The position numbers and the translations under genes were made by a program. A stretch of 58,506 bases of DNA from Gemmatimonadaceae bacterium (GTDB lineage: Bacteria > Gemmatimonadota > Gemmatimonadetes > Gemmatimonadales > Gemmatimonadaceae): the NCBI GenBank assembly GCA_044224875.1, contig JBGAJQ010000031.1, forward strand, positions 1-58,506, given 5' to 3'. Shown piece by piece: positions 40,850 to 50,004 of the stretch. Each line of letters begins with the position of its first letter. Position 1 is the first letter of the stretch. Under the pieces are notes generated by a model, which was given only the letters and a program-made list of their open reading frames with translations, ran no database searches and had not been told where the DNA came from.

Positions 40850-41407
40850 CGAACGCGAGCATGCTTGAACGCAACGCTGTGGGCCAGTAGTTAGTCCTCG
40901 GCCGTTGTGGGGCACACGCCGTGCCGAATCCGCCGGACCGTCACAGCCCGTGCGACGGTCCATCCCTAACGCGGCAACATATATATTGCGATAGCCAGTG
41001 CTCGCTGGCGTCAGAAGGCGCGACCGCATCGCGAAGCTCGTCTCGCGTAGGCACGCTTCATCCCGGAGCATCACGCGCGGTCCTTGGGTCGTTAGGCGTG
41101 CACGCAGTGCCGGTGTCAACACACGTATTGCGACGCGCCGTAGTTAGGCAGTGTTCGGTTGCTCGACTCATCATCGCGATGCGCAACTAGTACCGAACGG
41201 CGCGCGGGTGTTCACTTGATGTGAGCACGGTCGCATACCCGCGGACATCGTTGCGGAACGCTAAAGCTGCGCACGGTCGCTGCCTCGCGAACAATCGCGA
41301 CTTCTCGCGCGAGTCGACCGACTCTCCTCCCCCAGTGAATTCCGCCGCAGCGGCCGGGGGGTCAGGGAGAGTCGACGTCGTCTACGCGAACCATCGGAGG
41401 ACAAGCA

Positions 41408-44400
41408 ATGCACAGACTTGTCAGACGCTCCCGAACCGCTGCCGCGCTCCTCCTGAGCGGACTGGTCGGCGCACCGCTACTCGCCCAAACGGGAGTCGGT
41501 GTGATCGAAGGCACGGTGAAGGAAAGCCAGACCGGGCGACCGCTCGAGGGCGTGCAGGTGGGCGCGCTTGGGCTGGGAGTTGGCGCGGTCACGAATCGCG
41601 ACGGAAACTATCGGATCGCGAATGCCCCGGCCCGCACGCTCGACTTACGTGCGCGCCTCATTGGATTCACGGCTGGGGCCAAGCAAGTGGTGGTGCGAGC
41701 AGGGGCGACCGTACGGGCTGACTTCGACCTCTCGCAGTCGGCACTACAGCTCGAGGCGGTTGTCACGACGGGTACGGCAGTTGCCACCGAGGTGAAGCAC
41801 CTTGGGAATACCGTCGCGCAGGTGGAGCCTCCGAAGTTTGCCCCGATCGCGACGACCAACGAGCTCCTTCAGGGACGCGAGCCTGGCGTCGTTGGATTGC
41901 CATCGTCTGGCATGACGGGGACCGGGGCGCGCATTCGAATTCGCGGGAATGCGTCGCTGTCCCAGTCGAATGAGCCGGTGATCTTCGTCGACGGGATGCG
42001 CATCAATTCGTCAGGCGACTTCTCAGCGAACGTGGGCGATGGCGGTGCGGCAGCTCCCTCACGACTCGACGACATCGACCCTAGTACGATCGAACGGGTC
42101 GAGATCCTGAAGGGCGCAGCGGCGGCCACGTTGTACGGCACCGAGGCGTCCAATGGCGTGATCCAGATCTTTACGAAGAAGGGTTCGGCGGGGAAGCCGA
42201 AGTGGGACTTCCAGCTGCAAGGCGACCTGCTGCGCTATCCAACCAACCGTCTGGAATCCAATTGGGGCGTACCGTATGGCCCGACGACCGGTGCCACCAG
42301 CGCCGCGGCGCTGAATGCCTTCTACGGCCGCACGGACATCCAGGACTACAAGCCGTTCGATGAACCGTTGGTGCAGCGCTTCTATGATGTTGGCAAGTCA
42401 ACCACCGGTTCGTTAGGCGTCACCGGCGGCACCGAGGCGCTCACGTACTTCGTGAATGGCCGCTATTACAAGGAAGACGGGCCCTTTGGTGGCACCCAGT
42501 ATGGGCCATCGGTGGACGTGGTGCGGCGGGCCAACGCGACCGTGAACCTCGGCTTCGTGCCGTACAACAGCCTGCGCATCGGTGTGCGGTCGTCGTACAC
42601 GAACACGTTCCAGGAAACGCCGCAGAACGCCAACAACATCTACGCCCCAGTGACGCAGGCGCTGTTCGGGAAGCCCGAACTGTCCAGCTGCAACAATGGT
42701 CCCGTCGACAACAACGGCGACGGTACCTGCAAGGGCCCAGGGAACACGTTTGGTGTGCAGGGCTTTGGTTCGCCCGAAGAACTGATGTTCATTCGCACGC
42801 AACAGAAGGTGGACCGCATCATCGGCGCCATCGACGCGACGTACACGCCCTGGCAGAACCTGTCCTGGGCCACCACGTTCGGTGTGGATTACACGGGCGG
42901 TCAGAACTTCGCCTTCCAGCCGTTCGGGTCCGACTTCAACGGCATCTACAACAACGACCCTGCCGGCAACCGCACGGTGCAGGACCGTAACCAGCGCGAG
43001 ATCACGCTGGACACCAAGATGAACTACTCGAAGGACCTGTTCGGCCTGAACTCCTCGTTTGTTGCGGGCGCGCAGGGATTCTTCTCCAAGTCGGCACAGC
43101 CGGGCGCGTTCAACCACAACTTCCCGGGCCCAGGCATCAACGTTGTGCCTGCCGGTGACGATCCGATCGCGTACGAGACGATCAGTGAGACGGTCAATGG
43201 CGGATTCTTCGCCCAGGAGCAGCTCGGTCTTACCAACTGGATCTATGTGACGGGCGGCGCTCGCTACGACTACAGCTCCACGTTCGGCAAGAGCTCCAGC
43301 GGCGTCTTGTACCCGAAGGTTTCGCTTTCCGTCGTACCCTCCGATCGTTCGAGCTGGAAGCCGATCTTGGGCATCTCCGCCGTTCGCCTCCGCGGCGCCT
43401 GGGGGCAATCGGGTCGTCAGCCCGGCGCATTCTCCAAGCTCACGACGTTCAACCCGCTCTCCGGCGACGCCGGCTCCGGGTTGGTGCCAGGCAACATCGG
43501 CAACCCCGACCTCAAGCCCGAAGTCTCGACCGAGCTGGAAGGCGGCGCGGAACTGGGCCTGTTCGGCGACAAGATCGGATTGCAGTACACCTACTGGAAC
43601 CGCGTCGTGAAGGACCTGCTGGTGGACAAGCAGTATCCGATTTCCGGCGGATTCCAGGCGACGCAGTTGTCCAACATCGGTGAGATGAAGGCGAACGGCC
43701 AGGAGATCGGCATCAAGGCGTTCCTGGTCCAGAAGGCGAACCTCTCCGCGGACATCTTTGTCAACGGTGCCTACCTCTCGCAAACGGTCACGTCGTTAGG
43801 TGGAGCGGCGGAGATCAAGGTGGGCGGATCGTATCCGCGCTACCGAAACTACATCAAGGAAGGCTTTACGCCCGGCGCGATGTTCGGCGCCAAGTTGGTG
43901 CGTCCGTGCTCCGAACGACCAGCGGGAAAGACCTACACCTGCCTGAACTCGGGCGAGTTGCCCTATGACTTCAATGGCGACAAGCACCCCGACAGCGAGG
44001 CCGAGGTAGCCGCTGCGTTGGCCGGACCGAATCCGCTCTCCAAGCTCATCGCCGGTAACGTCGTACTCCTCGTCGACGAAGATGGCGACACGGACGTGCT
44101 CGATCACTACACCGGAAAGCCATTCCCCGATTGGACCGGATCGTTCGGTGGTTCGCTCAACATCGGCAAGAACTGGCGGGTGTACACGCTCTTCGAGTAC
44201 AAGGGCGGCAACTATCAGTACACGTGCCTCACGTGCGCATTCAGGAACGCGAATGCTCGCGGTGAGAACACCCTGGCGGCGGCACGCATCGAAGGCGTGA
44301 TGCGCAATCCAGCCAGCACTGGGGCCGATCGCCTGACAGCCGCGAAGGACTGGCTCGGCCTAGTGGCATTGAATTCATATCCTGGCCTCAATCAGCAGTC

Positions 44401-44674
44401 GCCAGGCGACTTCGTGCGTTGGCGCGAACTGTCCGTCACGTACACCGCGGGCCGTTCGCTGGCCGAGCGTCTGGGAGCGCGCGATCTCTCGATCTCGCTC
44501 ACGGGACGCAACCTCACCCTGTGGGCGCCCAAGTACACGGGTCAGGATCCTGAGATCAACATCTATTCGGCCGGCGTTGGTGCGGGCCTGCAGAACAACT
44601 TCAATGAAGGCATCGACGGATTCGGCATGCCCATCCCGCGGCGCGTGGCCCTGTCCGTTCGCCTCGGCTACTAA
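41408..44674 (+). CDS. SusC/RagA-family TonB-dependent outer-membrane receptor
   Basis: CarboxypepD_reg N-terminus; RIRIRG, IERVEILKGAAAATLYGTEASNGVIQIFTKKG; GNPDLKPE; C-terminal VRLGY; RBS GGAGG. Confidence 0.95.
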   Translation: MHRLVRRSRTAAALLLSGLVGAPLLAQTGVGVIEGTVKESQTGRPLEGVQVGALGLGVGAVTNRDGNYRIANAPARTLDLRARLIGFTAGAKQVVVRAGATVRADFDLSQSALQLEAVVTTGTAVATEVKHLGNTVAQVEPPKFAPIATTNELLQGREPGVVGLPSSGMTGTGARIRIRGNASLSQSNEPVIFVDGMRINSSGDFSANVGDGGAAAPSRLDDIDPSTIERVEILKGAAAATLYGTEASNGVIQIFTKKGSAGKPKWDFQLQGDLLRYPTNRLESNWGVPYGPTTGATSAAALNAFYGRTDIQDYKPFDEPLVQRFYDVGKSTTGSLGVTGGTEALTYFVNGRYYKEDGPFGGTQYGPSVDVVRRANATVNLGFVPYNSLRIGVRSSYTNTFQETPQNANNIYAPVTQALFGKPELSSCNNGPVDNNGDGTCKGPGNTFGVQGFGSPEELMFIRTQQKVDRIIGAIDATYTPWQNLSWATTFGVDYTGGQNFAFQPFGSDFNGIYNNDPAGNRTVQDRNQREITLDTKMNYSKDLFGLNSSFVAGAQGFFSKSAQPGAFNHNFPGPGINVVPAGDDPIAYETISETVNGGFFAQEQLGLTNWIYVTGGARYDYSSTFGKSSSGVLYPKVSLSVVPSDRSSWKPILGISAVRLRGAWGQSGRQPGAFSKLTTFNPLSGDAGSGLVPGNIGNPDLKPEVSTELEGGAELGLFGDKIGLQYTYWNRVVKDLLVDKQYPISGGFQATQLSNIGEMKANGQEIGIKAFLVQKANLSADIFVNGAYLSQTVTSLGGAAEIKVGGSYPRYRNYIKEGFTPGAMFGAKLVRPCSERPAGKTYTCLNSGELPYDFNGDKHPDSEAEVAAALAGPNPLSKLIAGNVVLLVDEDGDTDVLDHYTGKPFPDWTGSFGGSLNIGKNWRVYTLFEYKGGNYQYTCLTCAFRNANARGENTLAAARIEGVMRNPASTGADRLTAAKDWLGLVALNSYPGLNQQSPGDFVRWRELSVTYTAGRSLAERLGARDLSISLTGRNLTLWAPKYTGQDPEINIYSAGVGAGLQNNFNEGIDGFGMPIPRRVALSVRLGY

Positions 44675-44691
44675 ACGGAGATCACAACGAC

Positions 44692-46062
44692 ATGACATCC
44701 ATTTTCATGTTTCGCCCGGCGCGCACCTTGGTGCGCGCCGCGGCGGCATCACTCGCCGTGCTGGCGTTTGGAGGTTGTGGGAGCCTGCTGGAGGTCGACA
44801 ACCCGAACAACGTGACGTCGGAGGCGTTGACGAATCCTGCTGCAGCTCCAACAATCATCAATGGAGCAGAGAACAGCTCCGTGCGAGCGCTGCAATCGAT
44901 CTACACGCCGTACGCTGCCATCTCGGACGAAACGGTCTTTCACGGATCGAGAGACGACTACCAGCAGCTCGATCAGGGTCAGGCGGGGAACCCAGCGAAT
45001 GAGTATACGAACGCTGCGTCCTTCAACGTGAACGAAGCGCGTTGGCTGGCAGATAACGCGGTGACGTTGCTGGAAGGCTTCCAGAAGGATGGCAAGTTGT
45101 CGGATGACGACTTGTTGTGGCGCGCATACCTGAACAAGGGGATCATCTATGCGATGATCGGCGACATGTACGATGACTTCACGATCTCCGACCGCACCGT
45201 GGCGGCCGATGCGATCGGTGAGGCCAACATGTCGAAGTTGTACGACGATGCCATTACGGCGCTCGACAAGGGCGTGGCAGCGGCGTCTGGCGATCGAAAG
45301 GCGCAGCTGTTGGCCGTTCGCTCGCGTGCGAAGTTCGCGAAGGCCGTATGGGCGAAGTTGAACCCTGTGCCTGCGCATCCAGCAAACCCACTCGTCGCCG
45401 ACAATGGATTCGTCGCCGACGCACAGGCGGCCTTGGCGGCCGGGTTCACGCATTACGACGTTCATGTGACGTCGGTGAACCAGGGAAATCCGCCATTCGG
45501 CTTCGAGCTCAACAACCGCGTCGAGATTTCGACGGGTCCGTTCTTCGTATCGCTGAACTCGACGAACAAGCCCGACGTGGTGACGATCAAGGACATCATC
45601 GAGACGACCAAGCAGGAGCCGTTCTCGACGGAGAACATCAACGCCGTCAATGTGACCGAATGCACGCCAGTATGCACATATGATGGCGACCCGAACTTGC
45701 CGCCACTTCGCATGGTGTCGGACAACGAACTGAGGCTTCAGATCGCGGAGGCGGCGTTGGCAGCAAACGATAACGCTGGGTTCGACAACGCGATCAATGC
45801 GATGCGCGCAACAAAGGGCTTGGCGCCGTACAACGGAACCGGACCATCGCGCGTTGACCTACTGCAATTCGAACGACGTGTCGCGCTGTTGTTCATGGGA
45901 CGCCGCCTCAACGATATGTATCGCTTTGGCGTCGTCGATCCGCAGTGGAATGCGAATTCGACAGCCGTGAAGCAGCCTGGGTGCCTGTTCCCAATCGGGT
46001 TCTCGGAGCGGGAGTCGAATCCATTCTTGTCCGGCGGAAAGTACCAGCCGACTTGTCGCTAG
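44692..46062 (+). CDS. SusD/RagB-family lipoprotein
   Basis: Lipobox FGGC + LLEVDNPN; ELRLQIAEAAL, INAMR, ERRVALLFMGRRLNDMYRF, FPIGFSERESNP; follows SusC. Confidence 0.9.
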   Translation: MTSIFMFRPARTLVRAAAASLAVLAFGGCGSLLEVDNPNNVTSEALTNPAAAPTIINGAENSSVRALQSIYTPYAAISDETVFHGSRDDYQQLDQGQAGNPANEYTNAASFNVNEARWLADNAVTLLEGFQKDGKLSDDDLLWRAYLNKGIIYAMIGDMYDDFTISDRTVAADAIGEANMSKLYDDAITALDKGVAAASGDRKAQLLAVRSRAKFAKAVWAKLNPVPAHPANPLVADNGFVADAQAALAAGFTHYDVHVTSVNQGNPPFGFELNNRVEISTGPFFVSLNSTNKPDVVTIKDIIETTKQEPFSTENINAVNVTECTPVCTYDGDPNLPPLRMVSDNELRLQIAEAALAANDNAGFDNAINAMRATKGLAPYNGTGPSRVDLLQFERRVALLFMGRRLNDMYRFGVVDPQWNANSTAVKQPGCLFPIGFSERESNPFLSGGKYQPTCR

Positions 46063-46075
46063 GCGTTCGACGGCA

Positions 46076-46109
46076 CGTCCGGTTGAGGGCGTCACTCCTC
46101 AACCGGACG
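46076..46109 (+). terminator. 13-bp-stem hairpin after the susD-like gene
   Basis: CGTCCGGTTGAGG-GCGTCACT-CCTCAACCGGACG. Confidence 0.65.
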
Positions 46110-46143
46110 GCCGGATGGTACTAGTCTTTTGCTTTCACATCCA

Positions 46144-46581
46144 ATGATTTTCTCGGCGTTGCTTCAAAAGACGATGGAAGGGGCGGTCCTGGAGTTCCCC
46201 GAACTCCCGGGCGTCACCGTGCGTGTGCCTGATCCGCGTGATGCGGCTTCGGTCGCGCACGACGCACTGAAAGAACGGATCGAGGCCATGCTGGCGCACG
46301 GCGAGGTCCCGATGCGTCCGCGCAAGCCGCAGGAGTTCGATCATGGAGCGCACATCCCGGTGCCGCTGCGACCCGACAATGCCGTTGCACTCCAGATGCG
46401 CTGGCTACGGCAGGAGCAGGGACTTACGCTCACCGAGGTGGCCAGGCGCATGGGAGTGAGTCGCCAGCGCATCTCGGCGCTGGAGACCACGGCCCGAAAC
46501 TGGACCGTCGGCACGTTGCTCCGGGTCACGGAGGCCTTGGACGCCGACTTGGAGATTGTGTTGCGGCGCCGGAGGAAGTAG
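46144..46581 (+). CDS. hicB: HicB-like antitoxin with C-terminal XRE HTH
   Basis: EFPELPGV..A.DAL...IEAML..GE.P; LRQEQGLTLTEVARRMGVSRQRISALE. Confidence 0.75.
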   Translation: MIFSALLQKTMEGAVLEFPELPGVTVRVPDPRDAASVAHDALKERIEAMLAHGEVPMRPRKPQEFDHGAHIPVPLRPDNAVALQMRWLRQEQGLTLTEVARRMGVSRQRISALETTARNWTVGTLLRVTEALDADLEIVLRRRRK

Positions 46582-46753
46582 CGCCGCGTCATCAGGCAGC
46601 GTCGTCCGGGGACGGCGCTGCGCCCTGCGTGCGTTCAGGGTATCGGCGTTCTCCGCGCGGTGCAGCTGAACGATGACAATCGCCACGCTGGTTGTGCCGA
46701 TAGGTGGCACACATGGAATCGGTGGTGATTCCTGCCCGTGCGGCGGGGCACTG

Positions 46754-48436
46754 TCAGCTCGCAGCGCGTTGCGACCCGCCGAGGCTTAGCAGCGCGCCGA
46801 TAGCCACAACGACGACCGCGCCGATGACATTGTGCCACAGGAACGATATGTCGGGCTGGCCAAAGGCGACGGCACCCACCGTGGCCATGCCGGCAATGAG
46901 TCCGAAGAAGGCGCCACGCGCCTTCGACCACGGGACCATGGCGAGCAGGAACACGCCGAGGATCGACCCATAGAAGAACGAGCCGAAACGGTTCACCACT
47001 TCGATGAGCGACCCTAACGTTGCCGCAAACGTCGCCACCACGCACACGAACACCCCCCACACCGCAATGGAGGCGCGCGAGACGGCGAGGTAGTGGCTGT
47101 CCGATGCCTGCGGACGGATCCAACGCCGGTAGAAGTCGATGATCGTGGCGGTGGAGAGCGAGGTGAGTTCGGCAGAGATCGCGTTCATGGCGGCCGCCAT
47201 CACCGCCGCGATGAAAATGCCGGCCAACCCGAGCGGCAGTTGGTAAAGCACGAACGTGGGGATAATGAAGTTCACGTCGCGCGGCGTTTCGCCGGTGACG
47301 CGCTGCACCAGGGACAACGCATCGTTTCGCACTCCGGTGACAATCGCGTCCGCGTCTCGGAAGTCTGCGGCGGCCTGTGTGGCCTGCGGTGCCCCCGGCG
47401 CCTGGCGGGCCCTGACCAAGGCGTCGGCGGCAGCCCGGCGTGCACTGAATGCGGTCTGGTACTGGGTCTCGAGCCTGGCGAGAGTGTCGGGAGCGCCCTG
47501 ACGCACGCGTTCCGCCTGCACCGGATTGAAGAGGAGTGGCGGCTGCACGTACAAGTAGAACACAAATACCAGGATGCCCACGAGGAGCACGCACGCTTGC
47601 AACGGAATCTTCCAGTAGGCGCTGATCAGCAGGGAGTTCCTCGCCTCGCTCACGGACTTGGCTGTGAGATAGCGTTGCACCTGGCTTTGGTCCGTACCGA
47701 AGTACGAGAGCATGAGGAACGTCCCGCCGATGACACCGGACCAGAACGTGTATTGATTCGTCAGGCTGAACGAGAAGTCGAACGCGCGCAGCCTTCCCGC
47801 CGCCCCCGCCACATGCAACGCCTCGCCCGGACTGATTGGAATCTTCACGAGGAGCGTAATGATCACGGCCACGATCGCGCCGACGATGAGGTACATCTGC
47901 TTCACGTCCGCCCAGGTCACGGCCTTCACGCCGCCCAGCATCGTGTAGATGACCGTGGGCACGCCCATGATCGCCACGCAGTACGACAACTTCCAACCGA
48001 ACACGGCGGAGAACACCACCGCAGGCGCGGCGAGGATCGTGCCGCAGGACATGCCGCGCGATATCAGGAAGAGGAACGCGGTCAGGGACCGTGTTTTCGG
48101 GTCGAAGCGGCGCTCGAGATACTCGTACGCAGTGAACACTCGCGCCCCGTGCAGGAACGGGACGAGCGTGACGCCGAGGATGACCATCGCCAACGGAAGG
48201 CCAAAATAGAACTGAACAAACCGCAGTCCATCGACGGCACCTTGCCCGGTGGTACCAATCATCGTCACGGCGGAAAGCTGCGTGGCCATTACAGAAAGGC
48301 CGACCGCCCACCAGGGGATGCTTCGGCTGGCGAGAAAGTAGCCTTCCACGTCCGTAGTGCCCCGCGCGCGCCGCACGCTCGAGATCAAGACGTACGACAG
48401 CCATCCGACGACGATCACCCAGTTGAACGGATGCAT
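46754..48436 (-). CDS. Sodium:solute symporter (SSS/SLC5 family)
   Basis: GYFLASRSIPWWAVGLSVMATQLSA, TAYEYLERRF, GGVKAVTWAD, GTDQSQVQRYL. Confidence 0.95.
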   Translation of the reverse strand: MHPFNWVIVVGWLSYVLISSVRRARGTTDVEGYFLASRSIPWWAVGLSVMATQLSAVTMIGTTGQGAVDGLRFVQFYFGLPLAMVILGVTLVPFLHGARVFTAYEYLERRFDPKTRSLTAFLFLISRGMSCGTILAAPAVVFSAVFGWKLSYCVAIMGVPTVIYTMLGGVKAVTWADVKQMYLIVGAIVAVIITLLVKIPISPGEALHVAGAAGRLRAFDFSFSLTNQYTFWSGVIGGTFLMLSYFGTDQSQVQRYLTAKSVSEARNSLLISAYWKIPLQACVLLVGILVFVFYLYVQPPLLFNPVQAERVRQGAPDTLARLETQYQTAFSARRAAADALVRARQAPGAPQATQAAADFRDADAIVTGVRNDALSLVQRVTGETPRDVNFIIPTFVLYQLPLGLAGIFIAAVMAAAMNAISAELTSLSTATIIDFYRRWIRPQASDSHYLAVSRASIAVWGVFVCVVATFAATLGSLIEVVNRFGSFFYGSILGVFLLAMVPWSKARGAFFGLIAGMATVGAVAFGQPDISFLWHNVIGAVVVVAIGALLSLGGSQRAAS

Positions 48437-48441
48437 GTCGT

Positions 48442-48558
48442 CTACTGCGAGAAGTAGGTCTGAAGCCACCACAGCAAGATCAACGTGATGACCTGAACGG
48501 ACATCACGCGGATCAGGTTCTGTCGAAAACGCGACTTCTCTTCAGGAGGAGCGGACAC
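48442..48558 (-). CDS. 38-aa single-TM small protein directly upstream of the symporter (below the ORF-track size cutoff)
   Basis: GTG..TAG frame MSAPPEEKSRFRQNLIRVMSVQVITLILLWWLQTYFSQ; stop 5 nt before the symporter ATG. Confidence 0.65.
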   Translation of the reverse strand: MSAPPEEKSRFRQNLIRVMSVQVITLILLWWLQTYFSQ

Positions 48559-48659
48559 GGCTCGCGACTGTCAGGGGAGGAGGGAGTCTGCATCATGGTC
48601 CCCCTGAATCGCTAGGGCCGAGTGACAAAAGCCACGTCGTGCCGCGAGTGCGAGAATCG

Positions 48660-49322
48660 CTACGGCTGGTCGCGCATGCGCAGTGATGGCAGCTGGTTCG
48701 ACTCGTCACCGAATAGGGCGTCGTCCAGCTCCAACATGGACTCGCTGCGATGTACGAGTTCGACGCCGGCCACCCGTAGGGCATCCAGGTCGCCGAGCGA
48801 GGACAACCCACGCGCGACCAGCGGCACACCGGTGTTGCGAAGATAGTCGGCAAGCGCCGCCACGGCGCGGAACTGCTCCGGCACGATCGAGATCCCCGAC
48901 GTCAAATCGGGTCCCACGCGCAGGTAGGTGGGACGCCCGGCGACGAAAAGCTCGATCATCGGCAGTGTCCAATGGCCGCGAATCTCGACGACCGTGCCAA
49001 CGCCAAGCTCATGGCAACGCTCCATCAAGCGAAGAAAGCGACTTCCCAGGAGTGTGTCGGGCGCCGCGACGATGCCCAGCATGAGTCCCGGGTGGGCGCT
49101 CCGCAGCGACGTAAACATGGGTATAACGGCCGCGTCGAATTCGACCAGGTCGCGGGCGTCGCTGTACATGACGTAGCCGGCCGAGACGAGGCTTCCGTCG
49201 CGGTTGGCGAGGGATGGCTGGTCGTTGGGCGCGTGAGGCATGGCGTAACGCCACAACGTTTCCCAGCGCAGAAAAAGACGCGGGACGCGACCGGCCGTTG
49301 GATCGACGGAATCGAGCGGCAT
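48660..49322 (-). CDS. Stand-alone degenerate EAL-domain-like protein
   Basis: C-terminal half PTYLRVGPDLTSGI..VAALADYL..GVPLVARGLSSLGDLDALRVAGVELV parallels the EAL pattern 'pdyiKiD..vvAEGVEt..l..lGvd..QG'; GGGAGG RBS 5 nt before ATG 49322. Confidence 0.6.
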   Translation of the reverse strand: MPLDSVDPTAGRVPRLFLRWETLWRYAMPHAPNDQPSLANRDGSLVSAGYVMYSDARDLVEFDAAVIPMFTSLRSAHPGLMLGIVAAPDTLLGSRFLRLMERCHELGVGTVVEIRGHWTLPMIELFVAGRPTYLRVGPDLTSGISIVPEQFRAVAALADYLRNTGVPLVARGLSSLGDLDALRVAGVELVHRSESMLELDDALFGDESNQLPSLRMRDQP

Positions 49323-49366
49323 GCCTGCCTCCCTCGCTTTGCCGTGGTTACCGCGGCAGCGATTGG

Positions 49367-49380
49367 GCAAATGGCGGGCC
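49367..49380 (-). promoter_or_regulatory. Candidate sigma54 (-24/-12) promoter for the EAL-like gene
   Basis: Minus strand GGCCCGCCATTTGC versus consensus GGCACG-N4-TTGC; exact GG-N10-GC spacing; 45 nt upstream of the ATG. Confidence 0.5.
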
Positions 49381-49499
49381 CGTCGGCACCGCGAGGTCAG
49401 TTCTCGCAAGCGGTTGAGCCGCGAGGACTTGGCCCTACCACGCGCTCGTCGTCTGAGCCGGTCATTCCGAGAACCGCGCCTTGAGTCTGGAAGCCAGAC

Positions 49500-49997
49500 T
49501 TACGGGGTGGTCAACTTCTCGACGAGTGTCAGGAAGGCTTCCTCGACGCGCGCGCCCGTCTTGGCGGATGTATGGAGCACATCCACATCGCTCCAATTTC
49601 GCAAGGTCTCGGGCACCACCTGCCATCGATCCGTCAGGTCACACTTGTTCAGCAACAACACGGTCGGGACAGACCCGATGGCATCCACGACATCGCGGCG
49701 GACGGCTTCCGCCGTCGCCAGTGTTTCCAGTCGCGTGCCGTCAGCGACAAGGAGCACACCGGACGCCCCGCGCAGGTACGATGTGCGGACACGTTCCAGG
49801 TCGTCGGAGCCTTGCAGGTCCCAGATGGCGAGACTCACATCCGTGTCGCCACGCCGGACGACCTTGCGATCGATCTTGACCCCGATCGTGGCCTGGTAGC
49901 GCTCCGAGAAGAGACTCTCCACGAAGCGCCTAACGAGACTGGTCTTCCCGACCGACGTGGCGCCGAGCAGGCAGATCTTGCGCTGGATGGTGGTCAC
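49500..49997 (-). CDS. Single-domain Ras-superfamily (Rab-like, Rup-type) small GTPase
   Basis: G1 GATSVGKT, G2 ATIGV, G3 WDLQG, YLRGA, G4 NKCD, G5 TSAKTG; GTG start 7 nt after the upstream stop. Confidence 0.92.
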   Translation of the reverse strand: MTTIQRKICLLGATSVGKTSLVRRFVESLFSERYQATIGVKIDRKVVRRGDTDVSLAIWDLQGSDDLERVRTSYLRGASGVLLVADGTRLETLATAEAVRRDVVDAIGSVPTVLLLNKCDLTDRWQVVPETLRNWSDVDVLHTSAKTGARVEEAFLTLVEKLTTP

Positions 49998-50004
49998 GAT
50001 CGTG

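Noticed and set aside
46635..48404. Long alternative-frame and antisense ORFs (e.g. 46635-48404, 32914-34281, 42413-43783, 16599-17909)
   Set aside because: Shadow ORFs typical of high-GC DNA; they overlap well-supported genes and are Arg/Pro/Ala-rich without motifs.
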